Shown here: one piece after another, positions 10,501 through 19,998 of the stretch
How positions within the stretch are numbered: position 1 is the first letter of the stretch
How the letters are laid out: the number at the start of each line of letters is the position of its first letter
From: an uncultured Atopobium sp.
Lineage (GTDB): Bacteria; Actinomycetota; Coriobacteriia; Coriobacteriales; Atopobiaceae
Assembly: GCA_938023105.1 (NCBI GenBank)
Contig: CALHDX010000110.1
Location: 2,274 to 66,273 of the forward strand
Reading direction: 5' to 3'
DNA length: 64,000 nucleotides
The notes under the pieces: generated by a model
Told to the model about the DNA's origin: nothing
Seen by the model: the letters and a program-made list of their open reading frames with translations, nothing else
Databases searched by the model: none
Program-made: the position numbers and the translations under genes

Positions 10501-11670
10501 ATGACACAAGAGAGCACACATACTACTCAAAATACCTATCCACTCCCTCAGGCACTTACACGTCTTCAGGATCAACCTCAAGTTCAAAATCTGCTTGCAC
10601 GCGCACTTCATGAGCACAAGCTTGGACACGCCTATCTGTTTGTGGGCGCTCCTGGTTCTGGTAAAGGTCTTGCAGCCAAAGCTCTGGCACAGTGTGTACT
10701 TTGCGCTCAGGGCGGTGACGCTGCCTGTGACGACTGCATTCGTATTTCTCGCGGTACTCACCCTGACGTTCACGTACTTACTCCAGCTTCCGCAAATGGC
10801 TACCTCATTGAGCAGATTCGTCAGCTCATCGCTGATGTTAGTCTGGCGCCTATGCGCTCAACTCATAAGATTTACGTGATTGACCGCGCTGATTTGCTCA
10901 GAGAAAATTCTGCAAATGCACTGCTCAAAACAATCGAAGAGCCACCTGCAGACACCATCTTTATTCTGTCTGCACGTTCTTCTTCTGCGGTGCTTCCCAC
11001 CATTGTTTCTCGTTGTCAGGTAGTTGCGTTTAGAACGCTCACTGACGCTGCTGCTAAAGCCGCTATTATGCGAGAGATTTCCGCCACAGAGCAGGAAGCT
11101 CGTATTGCGCTTGCAGCAACAGGAACCCCTGGTAGAGCTGTGGAGTTTTTGCAGTCTTCTACGCGAAAAAATATCCGAAGGCAGCTCATTGATGTTTTTG
11201 GTAATCTACTCAGAAATGATTCGTGGGATGTGCTTACTTCTGCAAAAGAGCTGATAGAAGCTGCAAAAATTCCTCTAGGGGATGTAAGGCGAGCCCAAGA
11301 AGAGGCGCTTGCTCAAAATGAAGACTTTCTTACCAGCGCTGCGTTAAAGCAGGTTGAGACGGCAAATAAGCGAGAACTCACAGCGCGCGAGCGTTCGGGT
11401 ATCATAGAAATGTTGGCAGTTCTGGAATCGCTTCTTCGCGATGTACTTTTATGTTGCGAAGCGGTTGATGAAGAGATAGTAAATACGGATGCAGCAGGCA
11501 TTATTGACCGCGTTGCATCTCAAACTCATACCCAGGGTGTTTTGGGGGCTCTTGCTGCGGTGCAAGAGGCTCAATACAACCTGGATCGCTCTGTTTCTCC
11601 CCAGCTGACCCTTGAGGTTATGCTGCTGCATATCAAGGAGGCACTTACATGCCCACCGTTGTCCCGGTGA
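10501..11670 (+). CDS. holB: DNA polymerase III delta' subunit (start uncertain)
   Basis: HAYLFVG, C4 zinc motif, HPDV, NALLKTIEEP, TIVSRC; follows tmk. Confidence 0.92.
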   Translation: MTQESTHTTQNTYPLPQALTRLQDQPQVQNLLARALHEHKLGHAYLFVGAPGSGKGLAAKALAQCVLCAQGGDAACDDCIRISRGTHPDVHVLTPASANGYLIEQIRQLIADVSLAPMRSTHKIYVIDRADLLRENSANALLKTIEEPPADTIFILSARSSSAVLPTIVSRCQVVAFRTLTDAAAKAAIMREISATEQEARIALAATGTPGRAVEFLQSSTRKNIRRQLIDVFGNLLRNDSWDVLTSAKELIEAAKIPLGDVRRAQEEALAQNEDFLTSAALKQVETANKRELTARERSGIIEMLAVLESLLRDVLLCCEAVDEEIVNTDAAGIIDRVASQTHTQGVLGALAAVQEAQYNLDRSVSPQLTLEVMLLHIKEALTCPPLSR

Positions 11671-13202
11671 AATTTGAATACGCCGCGCGCGACCTTTGGT
11701 TTGATCCAAAGGAGTCCGGCGTTCTTGAAGGTGACCACGTCATTTGTCAGACTGAGCGCGGTCTAGAGATTGGTCTTGCTGTTGCTGATCCTCGTGAGAT
11801 TTCTCAAGAGGAGTTTGAGTACAAGACAAACAAAGCCGAGCTCAAAGACGTTGTTCGTGTAGCAACAGAAGAAGATCTATCTCGCGCAGAAGAGCTTGCC
11901 GCTAAGGGCGAGGCTGCGCTTCCCGTATTCAGGAAGTTTGCTGTTCAAGAAGAACTTGAGATGAAGCCTATTGGTGTCGAGTATCTTTTTGATGGCGAGA
12001 AGGTCGTGTGTTACTTCTCGGCTGATGATCGAGTGGACTTTAGGCAGCTTGTCCGTGAGCTTTCTCATGAGCTTCATGAGCGCATTGACATGCGTCAGAT
12101 TGGCGTCAGGGAAGAAGCAGCGGTTATTGGTGGCTACGGTCACTGTGGACAAGAGCTCTGCTGTAGAAGGTTTGGTCTCTCTTTTGAGCCAGTTTCTATC
12201 CGCATGGCAAAAGAGCAGGATTTGCCTTTGAACTCCACTAAGATTTCTGGTGCTTGTGGCCGCTTAATGTGCTGCTTGCGCTATGAGTTTGAAGCCTATC
12301 GCGACTTTAAGAACCGTGCTCCAAAGCGCAATGCTGTCATTGAGACTCCTTTGGGTATGGCAAAAATTGTTGAGTACAACACGCCAAAAGAAGAGATTGC
12401 CCTTCGTTTAGAAAGTGGAAAGATAGTACGCATTCCTCTTGCTGATATGGACACATCTCCTGCGGCTCAGCAGAAGTCAGAAGACCTGGGATGTTCTTGC
12501 AGGCCAGATAGCGTTTCTCGCGCTGCACTTGAGCGTCTTGAATCTGTTGAGGTTCAGATGGCGCTGGCAGAGCTTGATAGGGCAAATGGTCTGATTGTTG
12601 ATGAAGAGCCAGAGATTAACCCTGATCTCTTTGTGACTGAGGCTCCAAGGCGCAAGCGTGAGCGCTCTGAGCAGAGCTCTGCAAATAGGCAGGAAAACGC
12701 CAAGAATTATGGTGCAAGAAATGCCCGAGAAGAGCAAGGCGCTCAAAGTTCTTCTCGCACCCGTCGTGTAAGAACTTCAAAGAATGCTCAGGTCAATCCT
12801 GGTTCCAGTACTTTTGATGCTGCGACAGATACGCTTCGTCGTACCCGCCGCCGTCATCACTCAACAGATGATGGAGCATCGAATACTCAGGCTCCTCAGA
12901 AGAATGAGCACAGCTCAGCTTCTGCACAGAAGCAGCCCCAAGGTAAACGTTTTAGAAGGACAGATACTCCTCAGGCGCCACAGAAAGCCGATGAGGCACA
13001 GGCACCAGTTCGTGCAAAGAGGACTCGTCGTCCAGGCGATAGAGCGGGCATGAAGACCCAGAGTGCTCCACAGAATGCTTCTGGTTCTAGCGGTGCACCT
13101 AACGTTGCATCTAGAGATGCTCAGCCACAAAATGCTACGCGTCGTAGACATAGAAGAACTGGACGCGATGATCGCGGTCGCGGCTCGAAGGACAACGAGT
13201 AA
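11649..13202 (+). CDS. ricT: PSP1/RicT (YaaT) family protein with long disordered C-terminal tail
   Basis: RVDFRQLV, IDMRQIG, CGQELCC, KISGACGRLMCCLRYE. Confidence 0.85.
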   Translation: MPTVVPVKFEYAARDLWFDPKESGVLEGDHVICQTERGLEIGLAVADPREISQEEFEYKTNKAELKDVVRVATEEDLSRAEELAAKGEAALPVFRKFAVQEELEMKPIGVEYLFDGEKVVCYFSADDRVDFRQLVRELSHELHERIDMRQIGVREEAAVIGGYGHCGQELCCRRFGLSFEPVSIRMAKEQDLPLNSTKISGACGRLMCCLRYEFEAYRDFKNRAPKRNAVIETPLGMAKIVEYNTPKEEIALRLESGKIVRIPLADMDTSPAAQQKSEDLGCSCRPDSVSRAALERLESVEVQMALAELDRANGLIVDEEPEINPDLFVTEAPRRKRERSEQSSANRQENAKNYGARNAREEQGAQSSSRTRRVRTSKNAQVNPGSSTFDAATDTLRRTRRRHHSTDDGASNTQAPQKNEHSSASAQKQPQGKRFRRTDTPQAPQKADEAQAPVRAKRTRRPGDRAGMKTQSAPQNASGSSGAPNVASRDAQPQNATRRRHRRTGRDDRGRGSKDNE

Positions 13203-13630
13203 TGTATACGCTTAAGACCGAATATGCCTTTGACTCAGCGCATTTTCTTACCAACTACTATGGCAAGTGTGAGAATCTGCATGGTCATCGCTGGCACGTA
13301 ACCGCTTGTATTTCTGCTGCAGAGCTTGGTGAGTCTGGCACAGAAAAGGACATGGTTATGGACTTTGGTGTTTTTAAGCGCAAGGTCCGTGCGCTATGTG
13401 ATTCCCTTGATCATACGTTTTTGATTGAAGAGGGTTCTCTTTCTGAAAAGACGTTGGCCTGTCTTGAAGAAGAGGGTTTCTCGCTCACCATTTTGCCTTT
13501 TAGAACAACGGCAGAAAATCTGGCTAAGTATCTGTTTGAGCAACTTGAGGCAGAGGGATTGCCAGTATCTTCTGTTGAGGTTGATGAGACCCCTAACAAT
13601 TGCGCCATATATTCAAAAAATATGAAGTAA
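13202..13630 (+). CDS. queD: 6-carboxytetrahydropterin synthase (PTPS family)
   Basis: FDSAH, CENLHGH (CxxxHGH), DH, TAENLA, ETP. Confidence 0.88.
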   Translation: MYTLKTEYAFDSAHFLTNYYGKCENLHGHRWHVTACISAAELGESGTEKDMVMDFGVFKRKVRALCDSLDHTFLIEEGSLSEKTLACLEEEGFSLTILPFRTTAENLAKYLFEQLEAEGLPVSSVEVDETPNNCAIYSKNMK

Positions 13631-13723
13631 CCTGTTGTTTTTTAAAGCTCGTGTGAGCAACATAACCTCGATGGGTATACTCTACGTATGTAGAGGTTTT
13701 ATCTTTTGGCGAGGTGGAATTTC

Positions 13724-14764
13724 ATGGCTCACGGAGCGTTGCGGGGTGTCAATTTAACTGGTTGGCTTACGCTTGAACCGTGGGTAACTCCTGAGCCGTT
13801 TGCACGCACAGGGTGCGTTGATGAGGCTCAGCTCATTAAAGTGTTGGGCGTTGAGGACTACCACAATCTTGTTAAAGCGCATCGTTCTTCATTTATTCAG
13901 AGTTCTGACTTTGTCAGCATTGCCGCTCGTGGTTTTAATGCGGTAAGAATTTCTGTGCCTTGGTACGTTTTTGATGAAGAAACTGCAGGGACTCCATATG
14001 TTAGCTGCATTACCGAGCTTGATAGAGCTCTTGAATGGGCAGAAGAACTTGGCCTGCACGTTATTTTTGTACTGGCAGTAAATCCAGGTTTGCCTGATGG
14101 CTTGAATGACCAGCCAGGTGGTGCTCCGCGTACCAGAATTTCTGGGGAAAAATCCCTTTCTATTCTGCATAAGCTTGCCCTTCACTACGCTCACCGCAGC
14201 GGTTTTTATGGTATTGAGGTAGCCGATGAGGTTAAGCCTCGCGTTCGCAAGGGCTTTAAGTTGACTGACGGAATCCCTGGTCACTCGCTGAGAAACTATT
14301 ATCGCCGTGCTTATGAGACCATTAGATCCGTGGCAGGAGAAGAGCCTGTGGTTATTCTCCCAGACGGTGGTTGGCCTCAGGGATTTAGGCGTTTTATGAG
14401 CCAGCAGGCCTATCAAAACGTTTGGCTTGATGCACACCTTGATAAACCCTGCGAGGGAATTGATTGCTCAGGTCCTCGTGGTGTGCAGCAGCTCATTGAT
14501 AAAAACGAAGCGTATTTGAAGACTTCTGCTTCAGGCGGTCTGCCGGTCATGGTAGGTAAGTGGTCAGCATCACTTCCAAGCATTGACGGTGCTATGACGG
14601 CAGAGGGAAGAATTGCGCTTGAGCGCATTTACACTTCCGGCCAGCTCAAAGTGTACAATACGTGTCCTGCATGGTTCTTCCAGACCTGGAAGACCTCCGC
14701 ATTTTTGGCTGCATGGGACGCACGCGTTGCGCTTGCAACGTTTGAGAGGGGAATGCTCGAGTAA
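13724..14764 (+). CDS. Glycoside hydrolase family 5 (exo-1,3-glucanase-like) homolog with altered catalytic motifs
   Basis: RGVNLTGWLTLEPWVTP, GFNAVRI, WFFQTWK; the usual NEP reads DEV and GEW reads GKW. Confidence 0.8.
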   Translation: MAHGALRGVNLTGWLTLEPWVTPEPFARTGCVDEAQLIKVLGVEDYHNLVKAHRSSFIQSSDFVSIAARGFNAVRISVPWYVFDEETAGTPYVSCITELDRALEWAEELGLHVIFVLAVNPGLPDGLNDQPGGAPRTRISGEKSLSILHKLALHYAHRSGFYGIEVADEVKPRVRKGFKLTDGIPGHSLRNYYRRAYETIRSVAGEEPVVILPDGGWPQGFRRFMSQQAYQNVWLDAHLDKPCEGIDCSGPRGVQQLIDKNEAYLKTSASGGLPVMVGKWSASLPSIDGAMTAEGRIALERIYTSGQLKVYNTCPAWFFQTWKTSAFLAAWDARVALATFERGMLE

Positions 14765-15639
14765 TGACAGAATCTACTCTTTTAGCAGGTAAACTGTCTA
14801 TTGTGGGCACGCCTATTGGTAACCTTTCGGATGCGTCACCGCGCGTTAAAGAAACGCTTGCAGCAGCAGATGTCATTTTATGTGAGGACACGCGCGTGAC
14901 CTCAAAGCTCCTCTCGGCATTTGACATTCATGTACCACTGCAGCGCTGTGATCAAAATATTATTGAGTCGCAAATTGAGCCAACGCTTGAGAGGCTTCGT
15001 GCGGGTCAGCATGTAGCGTTTGTGTCAGATGCTGGCATGCCAGGCATCTCTGACCCGGGTCAGCATTTGGTTGATGCGGCGCTTTCAGAAGGTCTTGCTA
15101 CAGAGGTTATTCCAGGTCCTTCTGCGGTAACCTGTGCGCTTGTTGCATCAGGCCTGGCAAGTGACCATTTCTTCTTTGAAGGATTCTTGCCCAGAAAGCA
15201 TGGACAGATTGTTCAGCGCCTACAGCAGCTTGCATCAATTCCTGGCACTATTGTGCTGTATGAGTCTCCGTTTAGGGTGCCTGCAACGGTCGAGGCTATA
15301 GCCGAGGTATTTCCAACTAGGCAGGTGGCTCTTGTCAGGGAGCTCACCAAGCTGCACGAAGAAGTGGTGCGTGACGCGGCTTCTTGTCTTGTTGAGACAC
15401 TTGCTGCAAAAGAGAACCTCAAAGGCGAGTGTGTTTTAGTTATTGCAGCTCCCACAGAAGAAGAGCTTGCCTCTGCATCGTCACAAGTGGCAGAAGAGTC
15501 TCAGCTCTCGCTTGAAGATGCAATAGAGACTGGTCTTGCTGCTGGTACGAGAAAATCAGTCCTGGCCAAGGAACTTGCTCAGAAGTTTGGTATTGCGCGT
15601 GATGAGGCATACCAGGCAATTCTTGCTCACGAGGCATAA
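14764..15639 (+). CDS. rsmI: 16S rRNA C1402 2'-O-methyltransferase
   Basis: TPIGNL, CEDTR, SDAGMPGISDPG, YESP, RELTKLHEE. Confidence 0.95.
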   Translation: MTESTLLAGKLSIVGTPIGNLSDASPRVKETLAAADVILCEDTRVTSKLLSAFDIHVPLQRCDQNIIESQIEPTLERLRAGQHVAFVSDAGMPGISDPGQHLVDAALSEGLATEVIPGPSAVTCALVASGLASDHFFFEGFLPRKHGQIVQRLQQLASIPGTIVLYESPFRVPATVEAIAEVFPTRQVALVRELTKLHEEVVRDAASCLVETLAAKENLKGECVLVIAAPTEEELASASSQVAEESQLSLEDAIETGLAAGTRKSVLAKELAQKFGIARDEAYQAILAHEA

Positions 15640-15717
15640 TCACCATACCAACACAAGTGCGCCCAGCATTTGCTCTATACTGGATAAGTTATTGCAACTT
15701 ATACAAAGGGAGTCATT

Positions 15718-17328
15718 ATGCCCGAGGCCAAGCCGTCATACTTTATTACCACCCCAATTTATTACGTCAACGCAAAGCCACACCTAGGAACTGCGTACTG
15801 CACCCTGCTTTGCGATATCCAAGCTCGCTTTAGACGCGCTGCTGGTTACGATGTATTTTTCCTCACCGGTATGGACGAGCATGGCGAGAAGGTCGCTCTT
15901 GCTGCAGCTGATCACGGTTTGTCTCCACAGGCATGGTGTGACTCGCAGGTTCCTTTCTTCAAGGGACTCTATGAAGAGCTGAATATCTCATATGATGACT
16001 TCATCCGTACTACCGATGAGCGCCACGTAAAAGCTGTCCAGTATCTGTGGGAGCGCATGCGTGAGGCTGGCTTCATCTACAAGGGATCCTACGATGGTTG
16101 GTATTGCATCCACGAGGAGACCTTCTTCACCGAGACTCAGGTAGAGAAGGCAGATGAAGAGACTGGTTGCAAGGGCGCACATCTCTGCCCAGATTGCCAT
16201 CGTGAGCTTGAGCGTGTCTCTGAGGAGTCTTGGTTCTTCAAGCTCTCTGCATTCCAGGATAAACTGCTTGAGCTCTATGCTAAGCACCCAGATTTCATTG
16301 AGCCAGATTTCCGTGCAAACGAGGTTCGAAGCTTTGTTGAGTCTGGTCTCCAGGATATTTCTGTATCCCGTACTAGCTTTGATTGGGGCGTTCCAGTTCC
16401 TTTTGATGAGTCTCACGTAACCTACGTCTGGTTTGATGCTCTTCTCAACTACTACACTGCTGTTGGCTATGGCGATGACAGTCCAGAGGCTGCTGCCATG
16501 AGAAAGCGCTTCTGGCCAGCTCAGATGCACGTTGTTGGTAAGGATATCATCCGCTTCCACTGTGTTATTTGGCCTGCAATGCTTATGGCCCTTGGCGAGG
16601 CTGTTCCTGAGCACATTTTTGCTCACGGTTTCTTGAACGTCCGTAACTCGGAGACTGGTGTTGTTGAGAAGATGAGTAAGTCTCGCGGAAACGCCATTGC
16701 TCCTAAGGACGTTTTGGATCTGCTGGGTGTTGAGGGCTATCGCTACTACTTCATGACCGACGTCACCCCTGGCGAGGACTCTGGCATTTCTTTTGAGCGC
16801 ATGGAGCAGGTCTATAACGCTGACCTGGCAAATAGCTGGGGTAACTTGGTTTCTCGCGCCCTTAACATGAGCGATAAGTACTTTGAGGGCGTCACCCCAA
16901 CCTTTGATGGTTCTTCTGTTGCTGCAGACCACCCACTGCGTAAGCTGGCTGAGGGCATCTATGACCGCTACGCTGCGTGCATGGAGAAGATGGACTACGT
17001 GGGCGCTAAGAACATCATTATGGAGCTTGTCCACACAGCTAACCACTACATTGAGGACGCCGCTCCTTGGACCGTAGCTAAAGACCCAGAGCGTGCTGCA
17101 GAGCTTGCAGAGATTATCTACACGCTGCTTGAGTCTATTCGTATTTGCGCACATCTCTTTATGCCATTTATGCCAACTACGTCTGCAGAGGTTCTGCGCC
17201 GTATGAGCCTTGATGAGGCAGAGATTACCTCTACCGATACCCGTAGCGAGTGCGTATGGGGTAAGCTTCAGGGCGGCCTGGCTGTCTCTAAGGGAGACGC
17301 TCTGTTCCCACGTCTTGCAAGCAAGTAA
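15718..17328 (+). CDS. metG: Methionine-tRNA ligase (short form)
   Basis: ITTPIYYVN, HLGT (HIGH), YVWFDAL, GKDIIRFH, KMSKS. Confidence 0.97.
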   Translation: MPEAKPSYFITTPIYYVNAKPHLGTAYCTLLCDIQARFRRAAGYDVFFLTGMDEHGEKVALAAADHGLSPQAWCDSQVPFFKGLYEELNISYDDFIRTTDERHVKAVQYLWERMREAGFIYKGSYDGWYCIHEETFFTETQVEKADEETGCKGAHLCPDCHRELERVSEESWFFKLSAFQDKLLELYAKHPDFIEPDFRANEVRSFVESGLQDISVSRTSFDWGVPVPFDESHVTYVWFDALLNYYTAVGYGDDSPEAAAMRKRFWPAQMHVVGKDIIRFHCVIWPAMLMALGEAVPEHIFAHGFLNVRNSETGVVEKMSKSRGNAIAPKDVLDLLGVEGYRYYFMTDVTPGEDSGISFERMEQVYNADLANSWGNLVSRALNMSDKYFEGVTPTFDGSSVAADHPLRKLAEGIYDRYAACMEKMDYVGAKNIIMELVHTANHYIEDAAPWTVAKDPERAAELAEIIYTLLESIRICAHLFMPFMPTTSAEVLRRMSLDEAEITSTDTRSECVWGKLQGGLAVSKGDALFPRLASK

Positions 17329-17330
17329 TC

Positions 17331-18287
17331 GTGTCGGAGCACACATCGCATCAGACATCGTGGCTTGCTAATCAGCGCGCCACTAAAGAAACGCTGGAAC
17401 GTTTTGGCCTTGCCACCAAATACAGGCTGGGTCAAAACTTCTTGGTACAAGACCATGTTATCGAGAAAATCGTTCAGCTTGCAGAGGTTCAGCCTACCGA
17501 CGTGGTCGTTGAGGTTGGACCCGGTTTGGGTACCCTTACGGTTGCCTTGCTCGATCGCGCCCGTGCAGTGTGTTCGCTTGAAGCAGACTCCGAGCTGGAG
17601 CAAGTCTTGGCGGTAACCTGCAAGGAGCCTCATCCAGACTCGTTTGCGCTGGTTATGGGAGATGCTCTGGCAATCACGCCGCAGAAGCTTGCTGAGGCTT
17701 ACAGTGCACTTCCTGCCGTTGCTCAGGGCACAGCGCTGAGCACCCCGTCGAGCGCTCCGATGCCAACCAAGTTTGTATCCAATCTGCCGTATCAGGTGGC
17801 AGCTACGCTGATCCTTAAGTTCTTCCAGGAGCTTCCTTCGCTTGAGCGAGCAGTAGTCATGGTGCAGGCTGAGGTAGCCGACAGAATTGCTGCCAAGCCT
17901 TCTACCAAGGCATATGGCGCTTACACCGCAAAGCTGTCTTTATTTGCGCAGGTTACTGGCAGATTTGAAGTGGGTCCTGGCAACTTTATGCCTCCACCAC
18001 GCGTCAACTCTGCCGTGGTTCGCCTGGATCGCACTACGGCGAGAAACCCGGTGACCTCCAAGCTTCTTTCTGAAGAAGAGCTCTTGCATACCATGAGCGT
18101 CATTGACGCCGCCTTTGCACAGCGTAGAAAGACCATTCGTAATTCAATGAGTGCCTCTGGTTTTGATAAAGACAAGCTAGACCAGGCGTTTCTCGTCACA
18201 GGAATTGCGCCTACCGTGCGCGCAGAAGTTTTGACTAGCCAAGACTTTATTTGTCTTGCGGCTGCTTTGGAGCCTTTGAGTGAGTAA
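17331..18287 (+). CDS. rsmA: 16S rRNA dimethyladenosine transferase
   Basis: LGQNFL, EVGPGLG, SNLPY, FMPPPRV, FAQRRKT. Confidence 0.95.
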   Translation: MSEHTSHQTSWLANQRATKETLERFGLATKYRLGQNFLVQDHVIEKIVQLAEVQPTDVVVEVGPGLGTLTVALLDRARAVCSLEADSELEQVLAVTCKEPHPDSFALVMGDALAITPQKLAEAYSALPAVAQGTALSTPSSAPMPTKFVSNLPYQVAATLILKFFQELPSLERAVVMVQAEVADRIAAKPSTKAYGAYTAKLSLFAQVTGRFEVGPGNFMPPPRVNSAVVRLDRTTARNPVTSKLLSEEELLHTMSVIDAAFAQRRKTIRNSMSASGFDKDKLDQAFLVTGIAPTVRAEVLTSQDFICLAAALEPLSE

Positions 18288-19299
18288 GAAAAAGCATCAT
18301 TTACCAGCAGAAGAAGTGGAAGCGCTTTCTTTTTCTGACGGTCAACTGTTCCACGATATATACGGTACACCTCGTCCAGCCCCGCGTGTTTTGGCGCCTG
18401 TTGCTGATACCCATGGTCACCTGGGCAGCCTCCACGAGCACAGCGCTGCAGAGTCTCTAGCACGAGCAGCAGCAGCGGGCGTTCGCATGCTTATTGTTCC
18501 CGTAGATATTGCTACGGAGTTTCCTCGTAAGTGGGCAGATACCAGTGCTTTTACCACATGGTTTGAGGATACTCTGAGCCAGGCTCGCCAGGCTTATACA
18601 AAGCTGGCTGAGGCAGATCTCTGTGTGCCCTGCGATTTACCTGCAGAGTATTTGTTTGAGCACACGTATTTTGTGGTTGGTGCACATCCTTATAGTGCAC
18701 CAGATTACAACCAAGAAGCTGAACAGCGCTTGTTTGAGTTGCTTGAGCATCCTCTTTGTGTTGGTGTGGGAGAGATTGGCCTTGATTTTGGACCGTACTG
18801 TGAGGTTCCAGAAGAGGTCCAGTGCCAAGCATTTGAGCGCCAGCTCTCCATTGCACACGAGCATAATCAACGCGTTGAGCTTCATTTACGTGATGGTGCT
18901 GATGACACGCACGCTCATGATTTGGCGTTTGAAATTTTGAACCGTCTAGGTGTGCCTAAGGCTGGCTGTGACCTGCATTGCTACACCGATGGTCCTGAGG
19001 TTATGAAGCCTTTTGCAGACCTTGGTTGTTTTGTTGCCTTTGGTGGCGCGGCGACGTTTAAGCGCTCTGATGATATCCGAGCTGCAATGATTTCCTGTCC
19101 AGAGGCACAACTGCTCTCAGAGACTGATTTCCCCTACATGGCGCCAGAGCCTTTACGTGGAGGGGAGTGCACGCCAGCGATGGTGGTGCACACGGTTGAG
19201 CGCTTGGCGGAGCTTCGTTGGCAGCGACTTGATATCCCCAAAGAGAAGACGTATACCATACTGTGGGAAAACGCCCAGCGCTTTGTAGGACTTGCATAG
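18280..19299 (+). CDS. tatD: TatD family hydrolase
   Basis: DTHGH, GAHP, VGEIGLD, LHCY, ETDFPY. Confidence 0.92.
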   Translation: MSKKKHHLPAEEVEALSFSDGQLFHDIYGTPRPAPRVLAPVADTHGHLGSLHEHSAAESLARAAAAGVRMLIVPVDIATEFPRKWADTSAFTTWFEDTLSQARQAYTKLAEADLCVPCDLPAEYLFEHTYFVVGAHPYSAPDYNQEAEQRLFELLEHPLCVGVGEIGLDFGPYCEVPEEVQCQAFERQLSIAHEHNQRVELHLRDGADDTHAHDLAFEILNRLGVPKAGCDLHCYTDGPEVMKPFADLGCFVAFGGAATFKRSDDIRAAMISCPEAQLLSETDFPYMAPEPLRGGECTPAMVVHTVERLAELRWQRLDIPKEKTYTILWENAQRFVGLA

Positions 19300-19320
19300 C
19301 ACAGCAGGAGGTGAGCACAT

Positions 19321-19992
19321 ATGACAAAAATCTTGGTAGTAGAAGATGACCATCAGATTCAGCAAGAGTTGGTGCTCCTGCTACAAAGAAACGGCTTTGA
19401 GGCCCAGGCTCTCACGTCTTTTGAGTCAGTACCTCAACAGATTATTGCCGCACATCCAGATTTGGTTCTGTTGGACCTTAACCTTCCTGGCATTGACGGA
19501 CAACAGATTTGTCGAGAAGTGCGACAGCTCTCAAACGTTCCCATCATTGTAGTTACCAGCAGAAATACTGACCTTGATGAGCTTATGGTACTCTCATTAG
19601 GAGCAGACGATTTTATCGCCAAGCCCTATAACACCCAGATTTTGCTTATGCACATCAGCTCGGTTTTGAGGCGCGCAAATAGTGATGTCACAACAGGAAC
19701 AAAGCTTTCGCACGCAGGTGTGACGCTTGATTCTTCTTCCTGCAAAGTTTCTGCAAATCAAAAGAGTGTTGAGCTGACTAAAAACGAGCTCAGGATACTT
19801 TCACTTTTGATGCAAAATGCAGGAACAGTTGTTTCTCGCCAGCGTATTCAAGAAGAGCTGTGGCAGTCGGACGAGTTTGTTGATGACAATACGTTGACGG
19901 TAAACATTAGCCACCTCAGAAATACTCTTGCAAGTATTGGTGTTGAGGACTTCGTAATGACACGCCGCGGACTTGGCTACGTTATTGAGTAG
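19321..19992 (+). CDS. OmpR-family response regulator (BceR/GraR-like)
   Basis: Receiver domain; LTKNE, FVDDNTLTVNI, RGLGY. Confidence 0.92.
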   Translation: MTKILVVEDDHQIQQELVLLLQRNGFEAQALTSFESVPQQIIAAHPDLVLLDLNLPGIDGQQICREVRQLSNVPIIVVTSRNTDLDELMVLSLGADDFIAKPYNTQILLMHISSVLRRANSDVTTGTKLSHAGVTLDSSSCKVSANQKSVELTKNELRILSLLMQNAGTVVSRQRIQEELWQSDEFVDDNTLTVNISHLRNTLASIGVEDFVMTRRGLGYVIE

Positions 19993-19998
19993 GCTGTC

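Noticed and set aside
15640..15717. T-box or SAM riboswitch before metG
   Set aside because: The gap is only about 80 bp and lacks the motifs.
15988..17358. 456-aa antisense ORF
   Set aside because: Shadow of metG caused by codon bias; no recognisable motifs.
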